64,000 nucleotides of DNA, from NCBI RefSeq assembly GCF_009834535.1, contig NC_045698.1, positions 6,512,001-6,576,000 on the forward strand, read 5' to 3'. Positions 25,096 to 37,899 of this stretch are shown in pieces. Each line of letters begins with the position of its first letter. Positions within the stretch are counted from its first letter, which is position 1. A program made the position numbers and the translations under genes. The notes under the pieces are model-generated. The model saw nothing but the letters and a program-made list of their open reading frames with translations, had not been told where the DNA came from and did no database searches. Source of the DNA: Camelus ferus (Eukaryota).

Positions 25096-28000
25096 CTTGT
25101 GAGGCATTGCTAGAATTCGAGACCACTGTTCTTGGTATTCTTCATAACCTGTCATGATGATCAGCACTGTTTTCCTTCATAACATAGTGGCCCAAATTAT
25201 GAAGTGGCCACAGAGGAGACTTTCAAACATCAACTCAGACTGAAGCTGAACTGATGACACGTTGACATCCATGGAATCCAAAATGAGTCTCTTCTCTCAT
25301 ACAGGATGTGACATGATTCTCATGTCCAATTTTCCCCCTTCCTTTAAAAAATTCAAAATCTCATCAGTTCCAACTTAGTCTGTCTTTACATTTAATACCA
25401 CATCATGTTGGCTTGTTCAGCAGTGAAGGAGCCAAGTTAGCATAACTCAACCATTTTCTTGAGGGCAAGGGAAAAAACTAAACAAAAATCCATGGAGAAA
25501 GTTACCCTTTGAGGGCAAAACATCCACTTAGTTTCATAAGAACCACTGGGGTGGAGGAGGCGGAAGGATCCGGAAACCAAGACTGATGATCAGACAATTA
25601 TTCCTTTGACAACATTTCATGGTTTATTCCCCTGAAGTCATGATAACATATTTTGGAATTTTTGTTGTCCTTTGTTTTCCAAGAGGACAACAAGAGTTTG
25701 TTTCTGTTTGGTTTTTAAATTCAAGATAAACAAGAATTTCAACAATGACATCATCTCTCCACAATGGCGTTTGAGTCCCACAATGGAATTCAATGACCTA
25801 GTCACCCCGTGAACCACTGTTCACCTCCGCAGTGGATATCACAGCTCATCTGCACTGTTGGACATTAACCCAAAGTTAGCGTCAAGCATCAGGACAAATA
25901 CTTAGGGACGATGTTTAGGGAGTTACCCACAGGGATGGGCCTTTGATTCTCTTAGCAGCCTTAACAGAGTACAGCAAGCAAGATCTTAAGAAATTTGACA
26001 GACTGAATATATTTCAAAAGAGACAACATTTTAATAGTCTAAAAATCAGGAAGGGTGTTTTTCAAAAATACATCTATTAAGAAATTAAAGGCAACTATAA
26101 AGAGAGGTTAGATTAAGAGACAGAGACCCAGGAACAAACTATGTCAATAGTGTTCCCCTAAACAAGTAAGTTATTACATCCGATACCTTGCTTTTTATAA
26201 CAAGACAATAGCTACCAAAAGAAATGAAGCCTTAGTATACATTCTTGAGGAATTTTATTCCAGATGATGGTGGAAATAATAAAATTGCCATGAAAATAAT
26301 ACCAATCATGGTACGTACTGATTGCACACAGTATTTTAGGCACTAAGCTAAGCAAAAAGGTGGTTGTTTTACAATACACATTCCTGAATCTTTGATAAAT
26401 CCTGAAGAAAAGGTTATTATCTACATTATTCATGTAAGAACACTAGAATTCTAAGAGCTAAAAAGCAAAGAAGAGCAAGAAACACAAATGATGAATGCTT
26501 CTATGATTTACCTTTTAAATACCTTTTTTAAATTTTTCTTCATCCTGTTGGAGAATGTAAACTCTTCGAAAGTAAAGAATTAAGTATGAAGTCATTATCT
26601 CCACCAACATCTGTGAAGTCCTTGTTTTGGTTACAATAATGAATAAAATAAGAATCTCACCCTCTAAAAACCCAAGTCTATCCGAATCACATACTTTACT
26701 CATTGAAAATAAAGGAATAATATATGGCTCTTTTTAGAGAGAAAGGAGGGGAAGTGATCAAAATTAGACCATCATGACTCCTGTTTTGTTTCCTGTGATC
26801 TAGGACTGAGTCATATATTTCTTACATGTTATGTTTTCTGGATAAATAAACAAATTCCTGACTCTAAATTCAAATACAGGTTAATCTATTCCTCACTATG
26901 AACAAAATTTGCACAGACTTCCTCAGAAATTTTTTTCCAGCTCACAATACTAGTCTTTGCTACATCTATTTTCTGTCTTATCTATGCCCTGCCTCTGCTT
27001 TGGACGTTCTGATTCCACGAGTGTATCCCTTACTTTAAAATCTGTTGGGGGTCGGTCTATTCTATGGATCTGGGGGTGTACATTCTACATTGACTGTGTC
27101 TGCTGACTCTCTTGGAGCTATTTAGGGTCTCACTGGTGCGTATGGATTGACTCTGAGCTCATCGTCAGCAAGTCAGTCCCGCAAGAACCAAGGACTATGG
27201 AGGCAAGTCTGGAGGGCATAACTCTAGAGGGCGCTCAAGACGGTGTTTCCTCGTCAATCGTCAATCTCCCTGTCTGGGGGTCCTCCCTCACTGGGATAGT
27301 ATACATTTGGGTCCACAAAAGGTCCCATTAAGCAGGCCTGGTGTTTGAATCTCTCCTTCAAGAGACTGTTTCCACTCCAGCTTCCCTCCCGCTACCTAGG
27401 AGGCTGTTAGGCGCTTCCTTTGAATTTCCACTTAGCAGGGACGACTGTGACTTGCAGCTTTCTACAGGAGGTTGAGTTTCAGCCCTCCCTGTCCATCAGT
27501 ATCCCGACCACCCACTTCACCCATCCCTAAGCATGTTTTCAAACCCCAGCCCCTAAGGTCTTTCAACTTGGATTCCTACTGAGGATTCCAGACCTGATTC
27601 ATTTCTGATATCCCGAGATTTTCCCCTTTTCGCTTTTGGAGCATCTCTGTCATTTTTAATGCCATCATAGGGGAGAGTGAGGGATTTCTCCCATCAACTC
27701 AGTTTACTGTTTTGCCAGAAATCTTTCATAAGAAACTGTCTTCTTTATGTTTTCACATCAATTCCTCAGTAACTACGAATATTACCCCAAAATGAACAGA
27801 GATCATTAGTCCCAACATTTTCATGTTGATAAATATTCACACTTTAAATCCTCAGGGAAGAGGTATATAATTTTAAATCCCTACTTTCTATGTAACATCA
27901 ATTTTTTAAAATAGAACTTAGGCTACGAAGGTAAATCTCACTTAACCATTAATTATTAAACACACACACACAAAGCCCAAGTGAACACAATGTTAATCTA

Positions 28001-30439
28001 TGTGCCCTGGGGTCTGAGGACCCAGACCACAGATCATAACCCCTTTACTAGGCCCCCATGCTGGATAAATACCAAATAGGAGACGATTTCAGACTTTAAA
28101 GCAAACGATTTTTAGTCTCTAACTCAAATCTTAATTTTTTGTGCAAAACCATCTGTAAACGCTTAGCGGAGAAATGATGAGCTGCCCAGACACCACACGG
28201 CCCCCCTCCCGGCCCCGGGGAGCGCTCAGCAGGACCCCGGGGCTGCCTGCTCGCGTGGGCACGCTGTTTGTGAATGTGGCTTATTTTTTTTCTGATTTGC
28301 ATTTCTATTTCTTTGAATAGGATCAGAAAACCCACTGATTAAAGAACCCAGAACTCCACAGTACATTCCATTAAAGTAGAATTTTTCACGGGACCTTATC
28401 ATCACGTCAAGTTCTTTGGACACTGCTGCTTGTGCGGTTACGCGGCCAGAGGAGTTGGGGCTCAGGCTATAAAAGGCTTAAGTCCTTCTAATCTAACACA
28501 TGGACAAATATAGCACACAGGAAATCATTGCAAAGTGCTGATCTAATCTCCGTTTTACTCTATCTGAAGACGGTTGCTGCCTTAGCCATGCACACTTTCC
28601 CTTAACGTCCTACAGATGATAAAAACAAACAGCAGGGAGGCAGAGTGGGTCCTGGGCTAGACGTGCACCTACAGACAGTCACGGCTGCTCCCCCACCTAC
28701 CGCAGGAGAAGCAGGGAGGCCACAGCTTATAAAGTAGGGCAGGAATAGGTCAAAAGCAAATTGCTGGGATGGGAGAACTTCTAGAAGGTCATGTGGTTGG
28801 ATTGGCTAACAAATATTTCCAGCACCAGCAAATGTTTTTGCTTGGCATCAAGTCATAGAAAGAGCTGTTGCTGCATAACAGAATTATGCATCCTTCGGGA
28901 GATATCTTTCTCTCACTTGGAGTGTGAAATTCTTGGCAATATCAGCTGGAGCTTCACATAGGTAGAAAGGTAGAAGAAACCCAGAGCGCTGGAGAGTTAC
29001 AAAACATCCCGCAGATGGAATATCATCTAACTATACTCCCCGCCCCCCTGCTGACAGTTACATGGTTCTCGCCAAGAGATGCAGACCTGCAATGGATTGG
29101 ATGCTCAGTTGCAATGAAAACAACTTTTAATTCATGTGATGGGATAGCTGAATTCAAAAATTAAGTAAAATAAAATCAAAAGGCACCTCAAGTGACCAGA
29201 AAAAAAAAAAAAAGGTATATGGAAATAGGCAGGGCACGAGGCAGGATATAGCTTGGAGAAACAGTATTTCATTTGTTGCTTAAAAAAAGGTTGCTAAAAA
29301 AACACCATGAGTGTTCAGGTTTGGCTCAGGAGGAAGGGGAAATCTTAAATAAGAACGGTAATGATAAACACATGCAAAGCTCACTATAATCTTCCCACTT
29401 TTTCTTTCACTGCTGTGTACATTAAATTTTCTCATAGCAGGCACCTTTAACAACCAACTCTGTAAATTTATTATTTCCATATGTTCTTCCCTCTTTTTCC
29501 CCTAAATTCCAAACATTGCCCTCAAGAGCTTTCAAAAGCTGAATTAAATCAGAGAAGACGGTGAGCAATTTTGTGCAGACGCCTTTGAGATTGAAGAATT
29601 TAAATCTTATAAATGGTGTGAATAATACATTTGACCCTTAATACAAATTTATTTTACAGGCTTGCATGAAATCCCTACTACATATCTATGTTACACAGGC
29701 TTCACAGATCTAGATGAAATTTTTTCACATGAAATTTTCATTGTAGGAGAATTACCTGTATTCATAAGGAACATCCCGATAGAATTTTCAAGTTTTCCCA
29801 ATGAGAGATGGCTGGCTGGCTTTTATCATGTCCCTTGAGGGGAAAAAAAGCTTAAGAGGTTTCAAATAACCAGCTTATCAACATCACCTAAGAGTTAATC
29901 AGACCAAAGGTAGAGTGAGATTAATATTAAAAGAAGGGTGAATTCTTTTGCATCAGCTTTCACATTGCATAATTATAATTCTCACAATTTTGCAACGTGA
30001 GCTCTTTGAGAACATACTTGGTCATTCTCAAAGGGAGTCCAATTCCCCTTGTCCACTCCAAGAGGCACGAAAAGGCACCAACAGCTCTTTCTAGTCGCTC
30101 AATGTTTTCATAAGTCATCTTTTAAGTTTCAAGTCATTTGACAATACTTCTTTCAAAATATGAGAAAATGCAGAAATGAGAAATTCCTGCTCTTCTCCTC
30201 GTATCTCAGATTTGGCTGGGAACTATCTGCTAGGGGAAAGGGTTCTGTTTCCCGTCAAGAGAATGTCTAGTCAATTTTTCAATCGATAAAGGTACTGTGT
30301 GTTACAGCTTGTTCAGAAATAAATTCAAGATAAGAGTCCATACTTTGTTTATCCACCAGAGTTTTAGAATATAAAATATTCCATGAAGCACATGTAAGGA
30401 TTTATTCATGGGATAGATACACCAGAACCCATCACTCGG

Positions 30440-31325
30440 CTCTGGAGACCAGGCGCGCGTCCCAACATTTCTCTTCCTTGCTAACAGAACCCAATTTTGC
30501 AAAACAGCAAGAGCTGGGACAAGAGTCAGGCAAGTGAGGTCCTCGCCTAGAGTGCGAAATTTAAGAGGGTGTCGAAAAATTCAGCAATCAAGATAACATT
30601 TCAATGCAATATTTTTAAAGGTGTAAATTAACACCAAAAAAAAAAAAAAAGTCCAGGAGGAACAAGCTATCAATATATTAAATAAAGACACTGGAGTTCC
30701 AGAGTTGGCCAGAGACAGCTGATCCTGTCTATTTAACATCTGGATAGTTTGTTCATCATGATTTCTTTTGTCATTAATATTGTTTTTTTGTCGTTATCTT
30801 AGTTACTGACTTTTACGGTGCCTCTGATACATGCATCCAAGGTGAGTTCCTTACCCTATTCCCAGACCTGCTAGATTCAGGGGTTAATTCATGGATTTCC
30901 CCATTCCCTTATGCCAGACACTTCCTTTCCCTGTACACCCAGAGACAGCCCTGTGACACAGCGCTGGCCACTTGCGTATGAACAGTTCTGCTCCCATGAA
31001 AGGGTGTGCTTTTGTTGCTGATTCTGATATGAAACAGATGAGTAAAGAAGTAGGTTATTCTCCACTCTCCTGCAGCTGCCTGCCTCCGAGTGCTGCCAAC
31101 AGCCATCCAAATACGAAGTAAAAACAAAAAGTCAACGCCAACTCCATGAGGACCACTGAGCAAAATGACAGAGTTTGGGTCCTTGCTGACATTTCTGAGC
31201 TTCTGAACCAGCCTCTGATGCCTAATTCTTTCATTCGAGTTGGAGAACAATAAATATCCTTACGATTTTTATCACTGTTAGCTCAGTCATCCATTACTTG
31301 CAGCCAAGATATTTCTAACTGATGT
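30440..31325 (+). mobile_element. MaLR LTR (MLT1J/K-like) interrupted by a MITE
   Basis: 5' part 'ctcttccttgctaacagaacccaatttt'; 3' part 'gggtccttgctgacatt...aataaatatcctt...ttacttgcagccaagatatttctaactgat'. Confidence 0.65.
30509..30870. mobile_element. Palindromic hAT MITE (MER96B-like)
   Basis: Inverted termini 'aagagctgggacaagagtca' / 'ttaccctattcccagacctg'; long internal inverted arms. Confidence 0.7.
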
Positions 31326-32026
31326 TGTAAGTCAGGGAGCTTTCAGAGGAAGAGTTCCTAAAATTCACTGCATTGGTGACTTAAAATATATATTAATATT
31401 TCATATCTGAGTTGTTTGCACCTAGATAGTAAGAAAAAGTGCTCTGTCTAAAGTGGAATATGGTCCCACTTTAATAAGTTAATTAATTGTAGAAATTGTG
31501 AAAATTCAAGGTCAAATCACTCCTTATATAAAATGTGTTGATTTTTTTCCTACTAAGTATTTGTGATAAAAACATTGTCAATGTCAACCATGTCAACAGA
31601 AGTCTCAATTTCTATTTTGCTCTTATAATAGAGAATTTCATTATATTATTTAGAGGAATAAGAGAAGAGGGAGTTTCTTAAAGAGATAAGGAATGTCCCA
31701 AAGGTCCTTTGGCTACATTACTGTCCTAGTTTAAAGAGAACAGAATCATTGGTGTGGTCAAGTCTTTGATACATTTTTTGCTTAAAGAGATTGAGACCAA
31801 AAGGAAGGGCAATAAGAGATTTCCTTTACATTAGAGAAGTAGTTCATAGCAGAATTACAACAATTCCCCAGTTTTCCTTTCCCTAGCTCAGTTTTCTCAA
31901 AACGTGAACCATGATGCTTTCCAAAAACTGACTCAGAGATAATGTCAGTTCAGAAGGGCCTCTGCATAGACACACAGGAACACAGCCCATGCCGAGTTTA
32001 TTTACAGTGCTAGGCACCGAAGGCCC

Positions 32027-32238
32027 ATCCCTGCACTATCCAGCATGGTAGTCACCACGAACAGATGACTTTTTATATTCTCATTTTAGCAAATTAAATA
32101 AAATTAAAGTTCATTGCTTCAGTTGCATGAGTAACATCTCGGTCCTCAACAGCTACACGTGGCTAATGGCTACCATCTTCGCCAGTGCAGAATATACGTA
32201 TTTCCACCCTCCCAGAAAGGTCTATTGGACAGCGCTGC
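32027..32238. mobile_element. hAT-Charlie MITE (MER3-like)
   Basis: 'ctgcactatccagcatggtagtcacca...agctacacgtggctaatggctacc...ctattggacagcgctg'. Confidence 0.75.
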
Positions 32239-32924
32239 TCTGAATGAACGGGTTCTCTTATCGCCCCACTTCTGATTAGAGAAGTACGAAGAAGGAGAGG
32301 ACCACCTATGGAAAATCAGCCTTGCAAGGAAAAGAGCTGTATGCATTACAACCCAAATTACTGCAGCTAAATGCACGCCTCTCTTCCTCTCCACGCTTTT
32401 AATAGCTGCTAATTCCAAGAAGTATTATTATCTCTTAAATTAAAAAGTAACTTACAAATCAGCAGTTCTCAGATGTGATGACATCTTCTCAAAGCACATA
32501 TGAGTCAGAAATATTTTCCACCATATATTGCCCTTGGGTGGGGGCAGTGTTTTAAGAAGCAGTTTTCTATATAAATTACCTCTCAAACTGTGTTAACTAT
32601 AGGGTTTTTAGTTTTTAAAATAACTCTGGAGGGAAAAACTTTACTGATTGAACAGTTTATGTGGTGGTTTTTCATTCAAGACCTGAACATTTTGGACTTT
32701 AAGTAGCTTTGCTGATACCCACATACACATACACACATATTATTAAATGTTGCATAACATGATTCCTATTTTTCTCATTGTAAAGTTCTCGCGTAACACT
32801 TGACCTTAGTACCAAGGAAACGTGGCACTGTGTTTTGACAAACTCAGGCGATTTCTTCAGCAACTTGACTACTGGATCCGACACTCTGACGTGTCCATTC
32901 TTCTCCATTAAAGTTGGAACTAAA

Positions 32925-35900
32925 ATACTTTTCAAAATTAGCTTCATGAGGTATAATTCAGACATAGTAATATTTACCAATTAAAATTTGATGACTTTTA
33001 ACAAATGTATACACCTTGTCACCACCACCTCAATTGTGACCAAAATACTTACATTAACTTCACTCATTCTCTCACGAGCCTTTGCACCTGAATTCCTTCC
33101 TTTGCCCGATACCCAGGCAACTACTAATAGGTTTTGCCCTACTTTAGTTTTACCTTGTAAAGAATTTCACAAAATGTGGTAAGACAGAATACGTAGTCTC
33201 TTCTATTAGGAATCTTTCACTTAGCATAATGCCTTTAAGATGCATCTATTTTGTGCTCTGTATAACCACTTTGTTTCTTTCTACTTCCGTGAAATCTATT
33301 TTACATAATTAATCTGTCCATTCCCATTGATGGACTTTTGAGTTGTTTCCAATTTTTCGTTAGTAAGAATGAAGTTGCTGTGAACATTTGGGTAAATTTT
33401 TTTCTGAAGATATTATTCAACTCTTCTTTGCCCTTGGGCAAATAGCTGTAAGTAGGTTTGCTGAAATTTAGGGAAAGTATATATTTAACTTTTGAAGAAA
33501 CCGTGTGTTTTCCAAAGTGGCTGTACTGTGTTGCATCATCAACAGCAAAGCGCAAGGGGTCCATTTTCACTCCATCCCTGCCAATGCTTGGTATGATCAG
33601 TCTTTTTCACTTTAGTCTCTCTGCTGGATGTGTAGGGACATCTCACCATGGTTGTCATTAGTATTTTGCAAATTGTCTAAATCTTTAGTCCATTTTTTAA
33701 GTTGTGGATTATTTATTTTCCTAAGTTGTAAGAGGTTCTTTATATATTCAGGACACAAGAATTTTAGCAGATAGATGTTTTGTAAATATTTTCACATAGC
33801 ATCTGGACTGCTCTTCGATTTTCTCAATGGTGTCTTCAAAGAGCAAACGTTTTTAATTTTTATGTGATCCAGTTTCTCAAACTTACTTTTATGTGCTATT
33901 TGTATTCTAACAAATATCTGCCTAATTCAAGGTCTCAGAAATTGATTTTCTAAGGTTTTCTTCTAGAGGTTTTATAATTGTAGCTCTTAACTTTAGATCT
34001 ATGATCCATTCCAGTTAATTTTTGCAGAGAGATGTCCAGTTTTTCCAGAACCATTTGTTGAAAATGAATTGACAATATATATGTGGGTATTTCTGTCTCT
34101 GCTTTCTGTTGCATTGATATCGATGTTTATTCTTGTGCAGACATCACACTATTCAGGTACTATAAGACTTCCAACATTGCTCTTCTTTCCCAAACTGTCT
34201 CAGCTTTTCTAAATCCTTTGCATTTTCACGTAAGTTTTAAAATTAGATTTTCAATTTACACAATTAAAGCACATAAACTTTTGATTGGATCTGCATGAAT
34301 CTGTGGATTGCAATACATATGGTATAGCTGAATTTATATCTTAACATTAAATTTCTGATTCATGAATATTTATCTCCAATTTCTTAGGTCTTTTTAATTT
34401 TGTCAGGAATGTTGGGTAGTTTTCAATGTTGGGCTCCTGCAAATATTTTGTTAAAGGGATATCCTTATTTCATATTTATAAGCTACTGTAACTGATACAA
34501 GTTAATTTCAATTTCAAATTATTGGTTAATAGTATATCACAAGGCAATTAAATTTTTTATATTCACTACATATTTTGAAATCATGAGAAGTTCACTTAAT
34601 ACTTCTAATAGTTCTTTTTAAGATTTCAGTTAGGATCTTCCATATAGATAATCTTGTTCGCAAGGAAAAAGGAGAAGGAGGAAGAGAAAGGGAAGGAGGA
34701 GAAGAAGGAGAAAGAGGAGGAGGAAGAGGAAAAGAAAAAGGAGAAGAGGAACAGGGAGAGAGAGGAGGAGACAGCTGTGATTCTTCCTGTCTAATCTATA
34801 CGTCATTTGTTTATTAAATTACTTTTATTATATTTTATTCATATATATATATATTCTTTGTTCATCTATTATTACCTTTTTCAGTGCTAGTACAATGATA
34901 ACTAAAAGTACTAAAAATGGTAAGAGTCAACATCCTTGTGGGGAAAGTATTCAGCCTTTCACCATTAAATGTCATGTTAGATTTAGATTTGTTTTACTGC
35001 CTTTTGTCATGTTGTCACAATACCTTCTACTTCTAGTTTTTGTTATGAACGTGTGTTGAATTTTTATCAAATAATTTTTCTATATCTATTTCAATAAATT
35101 TTTAAAAATATTTTTAGTCACTTAATACAATGATTTCCGTTGATTTTCAAGTGTTAAACCTTGGAAATCCCAAACAATCTTACATTTATGCAGTAAAACC
35201 TACTTGGATATATGTATTATCCTTTATACAACGTGCTGGATTCAATTGCTGAAATGTTATTAAGGGTTTTTGTACCTATGTTTGTGGGAGATATTGGTCT
35301 ATCATTTCATATTTTGGAATGTCTTCTCTGGTTTTGGTAAGAGTAATGATGACTTCTTAAATAAGCTGAGAAGTGTTCATCCTCTTCCAATCTGAAAGAG
35401 TACTATCAGTGTCATTTTTTTCCATAAGTATTTGTCAAAATTCACTATTAAAGACATCTGAATTTGAAGTTTTCTTTGTTGGAAGATTTTTAACTACAAA
35501 TTTAATTTCTTTAACGGATATAGAATTAGTCACTTCATCTGAATTTTCTTAAGTGACCTTGGATAGATTATTTATCTTCAAAGAATGTATCCATTTCATC
35601 TAAGTTGTCAAATTATTGGCATAGAGTTGTTTATCATTTTCCATTACTATTTTCTTTAACTCAGGTATGTTATGTAGCGATGTCTCCTCATTCATTCCTA
35701 GTATCAATAAATATCTCTCTCTCTTGTTTCTAACCAATCTGGTTAGAAGGTTTACTGATATTATTGCTCTTGTTAAACAGCTAGGTTTTATTTTCATTGA
35801 TCTTCATTATTGTTTATTTCTACTTAACTGACTTATGCTCTTATCTTCGTTTTCTTCTTCCGTTTACCATAGGTTTCATTTGCCTTTTTTAAAGACTTCC

Positions 35901-36465
35901 TTAAGGAAGATCCCCAAATCATTGATAACAGATCTTTTTCCATCCCTAATATCAGTAAATAATGATGTAAACTGCCTTCAAGTTCTGCTTTAGCTATATC
36001 ACAAATTTGGATAAGTTGTGCTTTTATTGTCATTCAGATGAAAACATTTTAGTTTCCCTTTTATTTTTTTTTATTTGATCTATCAGCCATTTAGAATTAT
36101 ACTGTTTAAATTCCAACACAATTTTCTATATATCATTCTGTTACTGATTTTTAGTTTGAACCTGATGTGCTCATTGATCACACAGCATGATGTCAACCCT
36201 TTTAAATGTACTGAGGCTTGATTTATGCTGATCTATGTTTGGATTCCCCATCACTGTGCTGTCTTGGAAACTACTCTCAGTGAGTTGGGGCAATTATAGG
36301 ACTCATCCTGTTTATTTCCCTTCTCTGAGTAATTATTCCCTATTCCACCCTCTGCCTGTTGTCCGTTGTCTGAAAGCTGTACTTGCTAGTACTTTGTCTG
36401 GTTTTTGTTTAAGCAAGAAAGTAAATCAGATCCCTTTTTCCCATCATGGCCAGACTGTAAAGTCC
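32925..36465 (-). mobile_element. Ancient L1 (L1M-type), ~3.5 kb, degenerate ORF2 and 3'UTR
   Basis: Minus-strand ORF remnants 'FTQMFTATSFLLTKNWKQLKSPS' (ORF2 C-terminus) and 'QICDIAKAEL' (like NLWDTAKAVL); T-rich plus strand throughout. Confidence 0.85.
34662..34771. repeat. GA-rich polypurine tract
   Basis: 90 uninterrupted purines (34662-34751), one C, then 19 more purines. Confidence 0.95.
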
Positions 36466-36606
36466 CCTATATCATTTTTCAACTTAAAAATCATCTGTTT
36501 ACCAAATCTTGGTCAAACAAGAGTCATATATGACAGAAACTCTCTGTCAACCTGAATATAATTTTCAAAATTAGCCTTATATGTTATGGTTAAAAACTCT
36601 ATCATG

Positions 36607-36928
36607 TTATATGTAAAATCTAAAACATAATGATGAACTTATTTACAAAACAGAAACAGACTCATAGACATAGAAAACAAACTTGTGGTTACCAGTGGGG
36701 AAAGGGAGCATGATGAGTAAATTGGGAGTTCAGGATTTGCAGATACTAACCACTATATATAAAATAGATAAATAGCAATGTCCTACCCTATAGCACAGGG
36801 AACTATATGCAATACCTTGTATAATGAAAAGAATATGAAAAGGAATATATATGTATAACTGAATCATTATGCTGTATATACACAAGAAATTAACATAACA
36901 TTGTAAACTGACTACACTTCAATTAAAA
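36607..36928 (+). mobile_element. 5'-truncated lineage-specific L1 3' end with perfect TSD
   Basis: 15-bp TSD aaaaactctatcatg at 36592-36606 and 36929-36943; canonical TT|AAAA site. Confidence 0.92.
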
Positions 36929-37899
36929 AAAAACTCTATCATGAAAGAATTCACACAATCATATATTTTGCTTTGCATTATAGTCCCAAAACTAATTATT
37001 CTGAGTTAAGGATTTATACCTTGATCCATGGATTTACCAGCTAAGATTTTATTTCCTCACTATGAAATGGAGAATTTATGATTTCCATGCTGAAGCTTTA
37101 TTTTTTGTAGATATGCTTTTTTTTTTAAAGTAGGGCTGACTCTTTGGAATTAAGAAATATAAGCATTCAAAGGAGTTCTAAATTTGAATGAATCATGTTT
37201 TATATAATTCTAGTCCATTTTCTTAAATTCAGAAAATGGTTGAATCTGGCTTGAACCATCCATACAATAACTTGAATTTTTCTCTTTAACTCCTAAATTA
37301 TAAGTTTCTCAACATACCTTTGCATTATACAGTTACTATCATTAAAATCTAGACAAAAATCAGAGAGATGAAATATTCAGATTTCTTATTCCTTTCATCA
37401 CTGCTAGTTCCTCAAATCACTGTGCCTCATAGAGTTTTCAAAAACTGTTAATAGTTGAGAGCACTATACAGCTATATTTAAGGTTGATGCCAGCTATTTT
37501 TCATGTTGGATATAAAGATATCTGGGGCTGTAAGTTCATATTTTCACATACACATAAATGCACACAAACTCTCATTTTCCCTACTCAAGTATCCTACAAA
37601 GGCAGCTTTACTGTGCCCACTTTTTAAAGTGTTAATGGAGGCACAGATTATTAAGCAATTTACCCAAGTTCACAAAATCATCACGTCTCAGGACATAAAC
37701 CCAAACCCTTGCCTTAGGCCATGCTGCTCCTTCTACTCCTCAAAAACCTGCCAGTAAGGACCTCCATTAAGGAGCCAGATCAACTTTAAGATTTCTCCTT
37801 ATATATGGTAACCTCATACAACACTGTTTATTTATCTGCAAATGAACTAGATATTCATCAGCCAAATGGTTCCACCGCTTAGGTGGACCTCAGTCTCAG

